From Eledone cirrhosa (lineage: Eukaryota): 64,000 nt of DNA. The notes under the pieces were generated by a model. The model made no database searches. It saw only the letters and a list, made by a program, of their open reading frames with translations, and was not told the origin of the DNA. A program made the position numbers and the translations under genes. The DNA is taken from NCBI GenBank assembly GCA_964016885.1, contig OZ024742.1, positions 20,460,001 to 20,524,000 on the forward strand, read 5' to 3'. Position 1 is the stretch's first letter. Each line of letters opens with the position of its first letter. This document shows, in pieces, positions 22,675-35,520 of this stretch.

Positions 22675-25600
22675 TTATACTTCTCTTAGGTCAGTGTTGT
22701 TTGTTTGGGTGTTGTTGTTGTTCCACTCATTCTTTCTGTTTAGCTTTGGTCTTCTAATTTCTATTTCACTGGCCTCTCTGATTTGCCTATCTGCTGGGTC
22801 ATTCCTATGTTTAGATATTATTCTAATTTCTATGTTGTCTATGTTACCGTCATGTTGTTGTCTAGCATGTTCGTATAGTACTGACCCGTTTTTTCGTCCT
22901 TTTAGTTCCCCCCAGTGTTGGTCTATCCTTTCACCTATGCTACGAGCTGTCTCACCTATGTATGTTGTTGTCGTGTTTCTGCAAGTACCCTCTGTACATC
23001 TTATGCTATAGACTACGTTTCTAGTTTTACAGTTTATCCGGGGGTTCACCTTACATATGATACATTTCCTATTGGTACAGTGGGTTTTCTTAAAAGGGTA
23101 GGTTTTGCTGATCAGGGATTTTATGGTGGTTCCTGGCTTTTCTACCACCTTTATTTTTAAGTGGGTCTTTCTCAGGGCCTTTCTACACTGGTTAGCTAAT
23201 TTCCCTCCAGGGGTGGCGTCCACAAACATGACACTCTGATATCTCTGGTTGTCGTACCATGATGTGGCCTTCCCTATCTTATGTCTAGCCCTATCTAAGC
23301 TATTCCATGATTTGCTCCTGTATAGTGGGCAAATTCCTTTCATGTCCAGTTCTATGAGGGTCTTATACTTTTCCATGGCTCCTTCGTATACTCTGACTCT
23401 GTCTCTTTGGTTGTAGCCAGAGAACTGCATGCGGTTGATGAAGTGTTGGATGTGTCCTTCCATTTCTGTTGGGTCGCACATGCTGGACACATTCTTCATC
23501 ACTCGTACCAAATCTGCGATCAGAATATTAAACTTAGCACTACTGGACATTGCTGAGTTTTTGAGTATCAGGTATTTGGAGGCCATGGGTTTAGCATAGT
23601 GTGAGTGGAGAATTTGGGCTCTCTCGTCTATAGTGTTAATCCAGAGTTCTGTGTCTAATACAGGTAGTCTATTGTTAGGGTGTTTGGAAGGGAAGTCTAT
23701 AGTTACAGTTATACTCTGGTGTATGGAATTAGCTATCTGCTGGATGCTTTCCATCGTGCTACGTTCTAAATCAAACTTGTTAGTGCTCTCTAGTGGGGGT
23801 GTTCTTATAACTATATTGATATCGTCTACATAACGAGAGTACATGATGAGGTCTATGGAGCTTTCATTAAGGAGATCTTTAAGTCTCCTTTCCCACCATA
23901 CCATGAAAAGGTTGGCAACATCACCAGCTATGCTGACGCCGATGGCTGCTCCCTCATTTTGGGTGTAGATTTTCTCATTGAACTTAAATATGTGGCCCTT
24001 TAGGGTAGTTTTGATACTAGCCCCTATTGCATGTGCGACCATTTTTCTTACCTGATCAGTGTTTTGGGGGGTCCGTATAGCTTTGGTCCACCCAATCCAT
24101 CTTCCTATGGGAGTCTTTTTAGCCATTGAGGTTATGGTGGGGGGTCTACCTCTTATAGGTCTACTAGGGCAGAAACATCTAAGGTCATGGCTGTCTAGGT
24201 AGTCAGTGTCGTAGGTAAGTCTAAGTAGGAGGCCCAGTTCGTCTGTGTCGACGTCGCAGAACTCCACCTCACTCTCAATGATCATCTCCACACATCTTTT
24301 CACAGCAAAATCAATGTTAATGGATGGGTACAGTGACACCACATCCATGCTGCCTATTATGCAGTTGGATAGGCTCCTGTTTTTGTTGCACTCACTGATT
24401 CTGCTGAGGAGGTCCTCTGTACTTTCACATACATCTGGGGACATCTTGATTATGGGGCGTATAACCATTGAGAGGAAGTAGGAGATCCTGTAGTTGCTAG
24501 CTATATTAGCTCCGCATACGGGTCTTGTTGGTGGTCCTGTTGTCTGGTCGTCGACTGTCTTGTGGTCTTTGCGGAGCCCATACAAGGGTGGTATGCCATT
24601 GTTAGACGCCTGGAAGTTGTTGGCAGTGCGTCTGCTTGGCTTTAGGATGTCAGTCCGCATCATCATGTGAGCGTTGAGGATTTTTTCTCTCCCATCGTGT
24701 GTTAGTTGTGCAACTTCGCTCGTGTTGGTGATGTGGGGTTGCATTGCCTCGATGTAGTTCGGCATGCTATCTATTGACATCCTACCAGACTTATCTGTGG
24801 GTAGACACACTACCTCACCATCCCTTGTGCGCTGCTTGAGGCTAACCAAGCCTTCTACAGGTTTTATCCCAAGTTGTTGGGCCTCTGGTCTGCTCTGTCT
24901 CATAGTGTACCTGTCTACTACTTGTCTAATCTTATTTCTAGCTATGGTGAACTGTGCCTCCGTCTCGTCATCTATTTGTTGTGGTATGCAAACTCTTTTA
25001 TTAAAGGGTAACCTCGTAGGATAGATATTACCCATCTTATATGTTTTGTCAGCTGGGTTGAAAAATAGTTTCTCTAAGGGGTTGTCGTTATTTCTATCGT
25101 CATAGTTGTGTGTGTTGCTATTATTGTTATCATGGTGGTTGTTGTTGTTTCTATCATTAGCATTAATATTATTATTGTTATGATTGCTAGATGTATTGTT
25201 GTTTACTTCACCGTTATCGTTGTTGTTGTTACTGCTATTTCTACCATTGTGGTTGTTACTATTATTATGTTTCTTGTTTTTGTTGATGTTGCTACATGTA
25301 CTATTTCCATTATTACCACTGTGGTTATTGTTGTTGTTGTTGTTCGTATTGTTACCGTTATTACTACTGTGGTCACTGTTGCTGTGTCTGTGGTTAACGT
25401 TTCTATTATTATTATTATTGTGGTTGTTGTTGTTCTGTCTATCGCTAGTATTATTACCATTATCACTATTTCTCACTTTCCTGCCATTGTTATGGTTATG
25501 GCTGTTATTTCTATACCCAGAGTTATTGTTTATATTACTACTACCGTTATTATTGTTGTTGTTGTTTACCTTTGCATTCCAACGTATTTTTGTGAAACAC

Positions 25601-26307
25601 TTTTCCAGCTCCGTTTTGCATTCCATAGGGTTAATCTTTTTGTAGATGGCAAATTTTGGTGGTAACTTTAGGATTTGTTGTTCTTGTTCACTGATTAAAG
25701 TGTTCCCATAGATATTTACTGTGTGGTCATTGATAAATTCTTCCGGTAGTTTTACATCACTCATACGGATGTTGTCGATGTTATCTGGGTATTTTTGAGA
25801 ATATTCGATTTTCCTTTCTTGTAGTTTTTTCTTATTCATCCATTCTAATTTCTTCTTGAAATGCCTACAGCATTCGTTTTGAGCATATTTCGTTTCGCGT
25901 CGGATGACGCTCATGAAGTCATCTCTCTCGTTTGCTGTGATGAGATTTCGGATTTCCTTACCGTTGATGCGTTTTTGTCTGTAGAGTGCGTTGACTTTTG
26001 TGTATGTTGTTCTTTTCATATTAACTGTTATTGTGTGTTTTAGCCGTTCAGCTTGTGTTTTGTTCAATAATAAATTATTTACTTGTTTTGATATGTTTGT
26101 TGTGTATGTTTTGGAGGAAACACAGTGTTTTAAGAAGCGGATTTGTTCTGTTGTTATTGTAGTTTTTATATAACAGAAAACAGTGTCTTTCAATAACCTT
26201 TCAGCTTGGCACAAGCTAATGCCATAGCGGCGATGAATTAGTTTTGCGAGGTTTTTTATATGAAATCGTGTGTCGAAACAGATATTGTTATATTTGGGGA
26301 GGGTCAT
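22675..26307 (-). CDS. PLE polyprotein: reverse transcriptase + Cys linker + GIY-YIG endonuclease (1210 aa)
   Basis: PTDKSG, LYGLRKDHK, RPVC, SMDVVSLYPSI, QNEGAAIG, RYVDD, LPVLD; CTNRKCIIC; VVYSIRC..YIGETARSIGERIDQH..EASEI..PKLN. No stops. Confidence 0.95.
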   Translation of the reverse strand: MTLPKYNNICFDTRFHIKNLAKLIHRRYGISLCQAERLLKDTVFCYIKTTITTEQIRFLKHCVSSKTYTTNISKQVNNLLLNKTQAERLKHTITVNMKRTTYTKVNALYRQKRINGKEIRNLITANERDDFMSVIRRETKYAQNECCRHFKKKLEWMNKKKLQERKIEYSQKYPDNIDNIRMSDVKLPEEFINDHTVNIYGNTLISEQEQQILKLPPKFAIYKKINPMECKTELEKCFTKIRWNAKVNNNNNNNGSSNINNNSGYRNNSHNHNNGRKVRNSDNGNNTSDRQNNNNHNNNNNRNVNHRHSNSDHSSNNGNNTNNNNNNNHSGNNGNSTCSNINKNKKHNNSNNHNGRNSSNNNNDNGEVNNNTSSNHNNNNINANDRNNNNHHDNNNSNTHNYDDRNNDNPLEKLFFNPADKTYKMGNIYPTRLPFNKRVCIPQQIDDETEAQFTIARNKIRQVVDRYTMRQSRPEAQQLGIKPVEGLVSLKQRTRDGEVVCLPTDKSGRMSIDSMPNYIEAMQPHITNTSEVAQLTHDGREKILNAHMMMRTDILKPSRRTANNFQASNNGIPPLYGLRKDHKTVDDQTTGPPTRPVCGANIASNYRISYFLSMVIRPIIKMSPDVCESTEDLLSRISECNKNRSLSNCIIGSMDVVSLYPSINIDFAVKRCVEMIIESEVEFCDVDTDELGLLLRLTYDTDYLDSHDLRCFCPSRPIRGRPPTITSMAKKTPIGRWIGWTKAIRTPQNTDQVRKMVAHAIGASIKTTLKGHIFKFNEKIYTQNEGAAIGVSIAGDVANLFMVWWERRLKDLLNESSIDLIMYSRYVDDINIVIRTPPLESTNKFDLERSTMESIQQIANSIHQSITVTIDFPSKHPNNRLPVLDTELWINTIDERAQILHSHYAKPMASKYLILKNSAMSSSAKFNILIADLVRVMKNVSSMCDPTEMEGHIQHFINRMQFSGYNQRDRVRVYEGAMEKYKTLIELDMKGICPLYRSKSWNSLDRARHKIGKATSWYDNQRYQSVMFVDATPGGKLANQCRKALRKTHLKIKVVEKPGTTIKSLISKTYPFKKTHCTNRKCIICKVNPRINCKTRNVVYSIRCTEGTCRNTTTTYIGETARSIGERIDQHWGELKGRKNGSVLYEHARQQHDGNIDNIEIRIISKHRNDPADRQIREASEIEIRRPKLNRKNEWNNNNTQTNNTDLREV

Positions 26308-26502
26308 ATTTGCGTAATATTGCCAGAATTAATAACAGAACACACTCACTGTTTGGTTGGTTTTCGCTTCTCGCTGTCTTTTATATATATATATCTGCGA
26401 TCTAACTTACTCGGTCCTCAATGTTGCCATTGACTGACCGGCGGTCAAAAATAATACAGATACAATATAGACAAACACATATATATATAGTTTACATAAT
26501 TT

Positions 26503-26545
26503 ACATAAATCTTTCGTTGCACATCTGCAACATCGTCAGTGGTGT
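26503..26545 (-). ncRNA. Hammerhead-like motif in PLE 5' pLTR
   Basis: Same sequence as 22361-22403. Confidence 0.55.
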
Positions 26546-26865
26546 TATATTCATTGTTCCTCCTGTTGTGTTGTATGTCTACGCCATTTTTTTTTGTTCA
26601 GTCTGTCTATATATTTATTTATTTATTTGCTTGTTTGTTTATCTTATTTTATTTTGTCTTCTTTGCGCATGCGTTTGCGTGTGTGTATAGTGTTATGTGT
26701 GATGTGTGACTAGTGTGTATAGTGTTGTGTCTGCTGGGTGACTAGTGTGTGTTTATGTGCTTGTGTATGTATTTATTTATCTTATTTTATTTATTTAATT
26801 TAATTTACTTATTTATTTATACTTCTCTTAGGTCAGTGTTGTTTGTTTGGGTCTTGTTGTTGTTC

Positions 26866-28819
26866 CACTGCCAACAACTTCCAGGCGTCTAACAATGGCA
26901 TACCACACTTGTATGGGCTCCGCAAAGACCACAAGACAGTCGACGACCCGACAACAGGATCACCAACAAGACCCGTATGCGGAGCTAATATAGCTAGCAA
27001 CTACAGGATCTCCTACTTCCTCTCAATGGTTATACGCCCCATAATCAAGATGTCCCCAGATGTATGTGAAAGTACAGAGGACCTCCTCAGCAGAATCAGT
27101 GAGTGCAACAAAAACAGGAGCCTATCCAACTGCATAATAGGCAGCATGGATGTGGTGTCACTGTACCCATCCATTAACATTGATTTTGCTGTGAAAAGAT
27201 GTGTGGAGATGATCATTGAGAGTGAGGTGGAGTTCTGCGACGTCGACACAGACGAACTGGGCCTCCTACTTAGACTTACCTACGACGCTGACTACCTAGA
27301 CAGCCATGACCTTAGATGTTTCTGCCCTAGTAGACCTATAAGAGGTAGACCCCCCACCATAACCTCAATGGCTAAAAAGACTCCCATAGGAAGGTGGATT
27401 GGGTGGACCAAAGCTATACGGACCCCCCAAAACACTGATCAGGTAAGAAAAATGGTCGCACATGCAATAGGGGCTAGTATCAAAACTACCCTAAAGGGCC
27501 ACATATTTAAGTTCAATGAGAAAATCTACACCCAAAATGAGGGAGCAGCCATCGGCGTCAGCATAGCTGGTGATGTTGCCAACCTTTTCATGGTATGGTG
27601 GGAAAGGAGACTTAAAGATCTCCTTAATGAAAGCTCCATAGACCTCATCATGTACTCTCGTTATGTAGACGATATCAATATAGTTATAAGAACACCCCCA
27701 CTAGAGAGCACTAACAAGTTTGATTTAGAACGTAGCACGATGGAAAGCATCCAGCAGATAGCTAATTCCATACACCAGAGTATAACTGTAACTATAGACT
27801 TCCCTTCCAAACACCCTAACAATAGACTACCTGTATTAGACACAGAACTCTGGATTAACACTATAGACGAGAGAGCCCAAATTCTCCACTCACACTATGC
27901 TAAACCCATGGCCTCCAAATACCTGATACTCAAAAACTCAGCAATGTCCAGTAGTGCTAAGTTTAATATTCTGATCGCAGATTTGGTACGAGTGATGAAG
28001 AATGTGTCCAGCATGTGCGACCCAACAGAAATGGAAGGACACATCCAACACTTCATCAACCGCATGCAGTTCTCTGGCTACAACCAAAGAGACAGAGTCA
28101 GAGTATACGAAGGAGCCATGGAAAAGTATAAGACCCTCATAGAACTGGACATGAAAGGAATTTGCCCACTATACAGGAGCAAATCATGGAATAGCTTAGA
28201 TAGGGCTAGACATAAGATAGGGAAGGCCACATCATGGTACGACAACCAGAGATATCAGAGTGTCATGTTTGTGGACGCCACCCCTGGAGGGAAATTAGCT
28301 AACCAGTGTAGAAAGGCCCTGAGAAAGACCCACTTAAAAATAAAGGTGGTAGAAAAGCCAGGAACCACCATAAAATCCCTGATCAGCAAAACCTACCCTT
28401 TTAAGAAAACCCACTGTACCAATAGGAAATGTATCATATGTAAGGTGAACCCCCGGATAAACTGTAAAACTAGAAACGTAGTCTATAGCATAAGATGTAC
28501 AGAGGGTACTTGCAGAAACACGACAACAACATACATAGGTGAGACAGCTCGTAGCATAGGTGAAAGGATAGACCAACACTGGGAGGAACTAAAAGGACGA
28601 AAAAACGGGTCAGTACTATACGAACATGCTAGACAACAACATGACGGTAACATAGACAACATAGAAATTAGAATAATATCTAAACATAGGAATGACCCAG
28701 CAGATAGGCAAATCAGAGAGGCCAGTGAAATAGAAATTAGAAGACCAAAGCTAAACAGAAAGAATGAGTGGAACAACAACAACACCCAAACAAACAACAC
28801 TGACCTAAGAGAAGTATAA
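26866..28819 (+). pseudogene. 5'-truncated inverted duplicate of the PLE RT/GIY-YIG ORF
   Basis: Near-identical to the C-terminal ~650 aa of 22675-26307, with five amino-acid differences seen. It has no native start. Confidence 0.9.
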
Positions 28820-29371
28820 ATAAATAAGTAAATTAAATAAAATAAATAAAATAAAATAAATAAATACATACACAAGCACATAAACACACACTAGTCACCC
28901 AGCAGACACAACACTATACACACTAGTCACACATCACACATAACACTATACACACACGCAAACGCATGCGCAAAGAAGACAAAATAAAATAAGATAAACA
29001 AACAAGCAAATAAATAAATAAATATATAGACAGACTGAACAAAAAAAAATGGCGTAGACATACAACACAACAGGAGGAACAATGAATATAACACCACTAA
29101 CGATGTTGCAGATGTGCAACGAAAGATTTATGTAAATTATGTAAACTATATATATATGTGTTTGTCTATATTGTATCTGTATTATTTTTGACCGCCGGTC
29201 AGTCAATGGCAACATTGAGGACCGAGTAAGTTAGATCGCAGATATATATATATAAAAGACAGCGAGAAGCGAAAACCAACCAAACAGTGAGTGTGTTCTG
29301 TTATTAATTCTGGCAATATTACGCAAATATGACCCTCCCCAAATATAACAATATATATATATATATATACG

Positions 29372-29447
<76 letters not shown>

Positions 29448-29601
29448 GAGAGATATAGATATATACTACTTCATCAATTCTGAAAGCTCTGTACTTCAAG
29501 GACTCTATAGATAATCACATACACTCTTACCTCGCCTACAACACACAGATAACTATATTTCTTTCAATAATTATGTCCCGCCGAATGAGTTGGTCTGTGG
29601 A

Positions 29602-32600
29602 GCATTAGTATTAATATATTATAGAGAAGATATAGGGGGACTTGAGATATGGATAGTTGTGGTCATTTATTGTTAATATATTATAGAGAAGATATAGGGG
29701 GACTTGAGATATGGATAGTTGTGGTCATTTATTGTTGATATATTATAGAGAAGATATAGAGGGAGTTGAGATATGGATAGTTGTGGTCATTTATTGTTGA
29801 TATATTATAGAGAAGATATAGGGGGACTTGAGATATGGATAGTTGTGGTCATTTATTGTTGATATATTATAGAGAAGATATAGAGGGACTTGAGATATGG
29901 ATAGTTGTGGTCATTTATTGTTGATATATTATAGAGAAGATATAGGGGGACTTGAGATATGGATAGTTGTGGTCATTTATTGTTGATATATTATAGAGAA
30001 GATATAGGGGGAGTTGAGATATGGATAGTTGTGGTCATTTATTGTTGATATATTATAGAGAAGATATAGAGGGACCTGAGATATGGATAGTTGTGGTCAT
30101 TTATTGTTGATATATTATAGAGAAGATATAGAGGGACTTGAGATATGGATAGTTGTGGTGATTTATTGTTGATATATTATAGAGAAGATATAGGGGGACT
30201 TGAGATATGGATAGTTGTGGTCATTTATTGTTGATATATTATAGAGAAGATATAGAGGGACTTGAGATATGGATAGTTGTGGTGATTTATTGTTGATATA
30301 TTATAGAGAAGATATAGGGGGACTTGAGATATGGATAGTTGTGGTCATTTAGTATTAATATATTATAGAGAAGATATAGGGGGACTTGAGATATGGATAG
30401 TTGTGGTCATTTATTGTTGATATATTATAGAGAAGATATAGAGGGACTTGAGATATGGATAGTTGTGGTCATTTATTGTTGATATATTATAGAGAAGATA
30501 TAGAGGGACTTGAGATATGGATAGTTGTGGTCATTTATTGTTGATATATTATAGAGAAGATATAGAGGGAGTTGAGATATGGATAGTTGTGGTCATTTAT
30601 TGTTGATATATTATAGAGAAGATATAGAGGGACTTGAGATATGGATAGTTGTGGTCATTTATTGTTGATATATTATAGAGAAGATATAGAGGGACTTGAG
30701 ATATGGATAGTTGTGGTCATTTATTGTTGATATATTATAGAGAAGATATAGAGGGACTTGAGATATGGATAGTTGTGGTCATTTATTGTTGATATATTAT
30801 AGAGAAGATATAGAGGGACTTGAGATATGGATAGTTGTGGTCATTTATTGTTGATATATTATAGAGAAGATATAGGGGGAGTTGAGATATGGATAGTTGT
30901 GGTCATTTATTGTTGATATATTATAGAGAAGATATAGAGGGAGTTGAGATATGGATAGTTGTGGTCATTTATTGTTGATATATTATAGTGAAGATATAGA
31001 GGGACTTGAGATATGGATAGTTGTGGTCATTTATTGTTGATATATTATAGAGAAGATGTAGAGGGACTTGAGATATGGATAGTTGTGGTCATTTATTGTT
31101 GATATATTATAGAGAAGATATAGAGGGACTTGAGATATGGATAGTTGTGGTCATTTATTGTTGATATATTATAGAGAAGATATAGAGGGACTTGAGATAT
31201 GGATAGTTGTGGTCATTTATTGTTGATATATTATAGAGAAGATATAGAGGGACTTGAGATATGGATAGTTGTGGTCATTTATTGTTGATATATTATAGAG
31301 AAGATATAGGGGGAGTTGAGATATGGATAGTTGTGGTCATTTATTGTTGATATATTATAGAGAAGATATAGAGGGAGTTGAGATATGGATAGTTGTGGTC
31401 ATTTATTGTTGATATATTATAGTGAAGATATAGAGGGACTTGAGATATGGATAGTTGTGGTCATTTATTGTTGATATATTATAGAGAAGATGTAGAGGGA
31501 CTTGAGATATGGATAGTTGTGGTCATTTATTGTTGATATATTATAGAGAAGATATAGAGGGACTTGAGATATGGATAGTTGTGGTCATTTATTGTTGATA
31601 TATTATAGAGAAGATATAGAGGGACTTGAGATATGGATAGTTGTGGTCATTTATTGTTGATATATTATAGAGAAGATATAGAGGGACTTGAGATATGGAT
31701 AGTTGTGGTCATTTATTGTTGATATATTATAGAGAAGATATAGAGGGACTTGAGATATGGATAGTTGTGGTGATTTATTGTTGATATATTATAGAGAAGA
31801 TATAGGGGGACTTGAGATATGGATAGTTGTGGTCATTTATTGTTGATATATTATAGAGAAGATATAGAGGGACTTGAGATATGGATAGTTGTGGTGATTT
31901 ATTGTTGATATATTATAGAGAAGATATAGGGGGACTTGAGATATGGATAGTTGTGGTCATTTATTGTTGATATATTATAGAGAAGATATAGAGGGACTTG
32001 AGATATGGATAGTTGTGGTCATTTATTGTTGATATATTATAGAGAAGATATAGAGGGACTTGAGATATGGATAGTTGTGGTCATTTATTGTTGATATATT
32101 ATAGAGAAGATATAGGGGGAGTTGAGATATGGATAGTTGTGGTCATTTATTGTTGATATATTATAGAGAAGATATAGAGGGAGTTGAGATATGGATAGTT
32201 GTGGTCATTTATTGTTGATATATTATAGTGAAGATATAGAGGGACTTGAGATATGGATAGTTGTGGTCATTTATTGTTGATATATTATAGAGAAGATGTA
32301 GAGGGACTTGAGATATGGATAGTTGTGGTCATTTATTGTTGATATATTATAGAGAAGATATAGAGGGACTTGAGATATGGATAGTTGTGGTCATTTATTG
32401 TTGATATATTATAGAGAAGATATAGAGGGACTTGAGATATGGATAGTTGTGGTCATTTATTGTTGATATATTATAGAGAAGATATAGAGGGACTTGAGAT
32501 ATGGATAGTTGTGGTCATTTATTGTTGATATATTATAGAGAAGATATAGAGGGACTTGAGATATGGATAGTTGTGGTCATTTATTGTTGATATATTTTAG

Positions 32601-33170
32601 AGAAGATATAGAGGGACTTGAGATATGGATAGTTGTGGTCATTTATTGTTGATATATTATAGAGAAGATATAGGGGGAGTTGAGATATGGATAGTTGTGG
32701 TCATTTATTGTTGATATATTATAGAGAAGATATAGAGGGAGTTGAGATATGGATAGTTGTGGTCATTTATTGTTGATATATTATAGAGAAGATATAGAGG
32801 GACTTGAGATATGGATAGTTGTGGTCATTTATTGTTGATATATTATAGAGAAGATGTAGAGGGACTTGAGATATGGATAGTTGTGGTCATTTATTGTTGA
32901 TATATTATAGAGAAGATATAGAGGGACTTGAGATATGGATAGTTGTGGTCATTTATTGTTGATATATTATAGAGAAGATATAGAGGGACTTGAGATATGG
33001 ATAGTTGTGGTCATTTATTGTTGATATATTATAGAGAAGATATAGAGGGACTTGAGATATGGATAGTTGTGGTCATTTATTGTTGATATATTATAGAGAA
33101 GATATAGGGGGACTTGAGATATGGATAGTTGTGGTCATTTATTGTTGATATATTATAGAGAAGATATAGG
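29602..33170. repeat. 62-bp tandem satellite, ~57 copies
   Basis: Unit ATATATTATAGAGAAGATATAGAGGGACTTGAGATATGGATAGTTGTGGTCATTTATTGTTG. The pattern shifts by 2 nt per 60-nt line. Confidence 0.97.
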
Positions 33171-33385
33171 GCCGTGGTTTATCAGTATCGGTGGAGCGTC
33201 GGACAATATGCTTTATGGCATAGAGTTGCGGCCCTTTACGTTCTGCGTTCAAATCCTGCCTAGATTAGCTTTGCCTTTCATCTTTACGGGATCGATAAAA
33301 TAAAGTACCAGTAATGCACTGGGGTCAATTTAATCGATTTCCCCTCCCCAAAAATTGTTGGCCTTGTGCCTAAATCAGAAAGCTA
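33170..33385 (+). mobile_element. tRNA-derived SINE
   Basis: GTTCAAATCC B-box and the conserved body. Confidence 0.85.
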
Positions 33386-33747
33386 TATATTAAATAGCGG
33401 ATATATAGAGAGATAGCACATGGATAGTTTTGGTCATTTATTGAAGAGTGGTGAAATAAATATTAATAATATAATCGATAATTGCATAATTTGATTGATT
33501 ACATGATTGTTCATAACTCCAAACCATTTAGCTTCAAATTTCTCGGTTAATTTCACCTTTGGTTATTTACGTTGGAAGTTTCTAGAATCTAAATAAAACG
33601 AAATAAACGAAATGTAGCATAAACTGAAGATATGGTTTATTTAATAGGAATAAATAAGTTTTTAAAATTACCCAAAAGTTGAACAATTTTTGGTGGGAGG
33701 CGAAAGTCGATTAAATCAACTCTCGTGAATTAATTACTGTTGCTTTA

Positions 33748-33896
33748 ACTGGCCGGCCGCTGGTGTGAGCCTCGCGAGCTGGAATGGCTTTTCCAGCGCG
33801 TCTCCCTTGCCGTCCTCCATTCTGTCCGCTGGGGCTGTGGGGAGGCCACCAATAAGATTGACTGACTTGTCATTTTATCAGTCAGATGTTCTAATG

Positions 33897-33900
<4 letters not shown>
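33748..33900 (+). mobile_element. CRE-clade LINE 3' end fragment
   Basis: EPRELEWLFQRVSLAVL resembles the CRE C-terminal QRiSiAiqRGNA motif. Related to 61762-61860. Confidence 0.5.
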
Positions 33901-33935
<35 letters not shown>

Positions 33936-34035
33936 GTTCATATATATATATATATACATTTATGTTTAGGTTGTGCCTTGAAATCAATTAGTTTTAACCC
34001 AATATACATATACATTAAATGTTTAGAATACTCAC

Positions 34036-34185
34036 GCCTGAATTATCTCCAATTTAATAATATATTTATCGACCTTGTAAGTATGAAAGGCAAAGCTAAC
34101 CTCGATGGGATTTGATCGCAGAACGTAAACGGCTGTAACACAAAGCATGTTGACCGACGCTCTACCGATATTGCCAATCCCCCGG
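34036..34185 (-). mobile_element. tRNA-derived SINE (diverged)
   Basis: Reverse complement of the SINE body (ATGAAAGGCAAAG..GGGATTTGA..TGCCAATCC). Confidence 0.7.
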
Positions 34186-34214
34186 CTTCAGATATGGTAA
34201 AATAATGCTTTCTA

Positions 34215-34840
34215 CCGCGCTGAGATGTAGTCCATCCTCAAACAAACCTGAAGAAGCTCGAGGTGTTCCAAATGAGATATCTTCGTCAGATCCTTGCTGT
34301 CTCTCTACACCACTGAATCTCAAATAACATCTGAGAATAATTGTTTCTACTTTTGACACAAGGCCAGCAATTACCCAGTGTATTACTGGTACTTTATTTT
34401 ATCGACCCCGTAAGGATGAAAGGCAAAGTTAACCTCGGCGGGATTTGAACTCAGAATGGCAAGGGCCGTAACTCTATGCGTCAAAGCATGGCGTTCGACC
34501 CTTTACCGATATTTCTAATCCACCGCCCTTCATCTGAGAATAACCATTGGAGACCAATTCCGGCAAAGTAAGCTACAGTGGTTTGGCCATGTCTGCAGGA
34601 TGAGGACAGGGAGACTACGACACTAACTTTTGTCACGACAGTGTGACCCATGCACTGGAGAATCTAGCGCAGCGATCTGAAAATGACATGGACGAAACAA
34701 ATTGAGGAGGAGCTGAAATCGCATCGTCTCGCCCATGCTAAGGTCAGCTCCATTGATAGAAACGCGTGGAAGAACATCATCTAGTGACGTCCACAGCAGC
34801 CTATTGGTTGAGAGAACAGCCTCCCCCAATCGCCAACTAG
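34215..34840 (+). mobile_element. RTE LINE C-terminal fragment interrupted by a SINE
   Basis: LKKLEVFQMRYLRQIL..KLQWFGHVCRM..DRNAWKNII, with stops and frameshifts. Confidence 0.7.
34341..34530 (-). mobile_element. tRNA-derived SINE with 13-bp TSD
   Basis: Full SINE reverse complement, flanked by CATCTGAGAATAA at 34328-34340 and 34531-34543. Confidence 0.9.
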
Positions 34841-34849
34841 GTATCGAAG

Positions 34850-35520
34850 AAGATGATGTTAGTGATGGTGGTGGTGATAATGGTGATGATGGGGATGTTG
34901 GTGATAGTGGTGATGGTGATGATGTTGGTGGTGATGTTGGTGATGTTGGTGATGATAGTGATGTTGGTGATGTTGGTGATGATGGTGATGGTGATGATGT
35001 TGGTGATGATGGTGATGATGATGTTGGTGATGGTGGTGTTGGTGATGATGCTGGTGATGATGGTGATGGTGGTGGTGATGATGATGTTGGTGATGGTGGT
35101 GATGGTGATGATTTTGGTGATGATGATGATGGTAGTGGTGGTGATGGTGAGGATGTTGGTGATGGTGGTGGTGGTGATGATCATGTTGGTGATGGTGGTG
35201 TTGGTGATGATGTTGGTGATGATGGTGGTGATGATGATCGTGGTAATGGTGGTGGTGGTGGTGGTGATGATTATGCTGGTGGTGGTGATGATGATGATGG
35301 GGGTGATGCTGGTGGTGATGGTGGTGATGGTGATGTTGGTGATGGTGGTGTTGATGGTGGTTATGATGGTGATGATGATGATGTAGGTGATGGTGGTGGT
35401 GATGATGGTGATGATGATGCTGTTGGTGATGGTGGTGGTGATGTTGATGATGTTGGTAGTGGTGGTGATGATGCTGGTGGTGGTGATGGTGGTGGTGGTG
35501 GTGATGGTGGTGATGATTGG
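34850..35520. repeat. (GAT/GGT)n degenerate trinucleotide tract
   Basis: Direct reading. Confidence 0.85.

Larger units (their letters stand above)
22095..29354 (-). mobile_element. Penelope-like retroelement: pLTR-ORF-pLTR plus inverted 5'-truncated copy
   Basis: Direct repeats 22095-22727 and 26237-26869 (offset 4142). 26866-29354 is the reverse complement of 22140-24628. Both outer ends lie in (TA)n. Confidence 0.93.

Noticed and set aside
26843-26865. N-terminus MFGSCCCS of the 658-aa ORF
   Set aside because: Antisense pLTR sequence read through the inversion junction from a TTG.
29226-29231. GTAAGT donor in the PLE pLTR suggesting a retained intron
   Set aside because: No convincing acceptor was found, and the ORF is complete without splicing.
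29602-33170. CRISPR-like array
   Set aside because: Head-to-tail near-identical units with no unique spacers, no cas genes, and a eukaryotic context.
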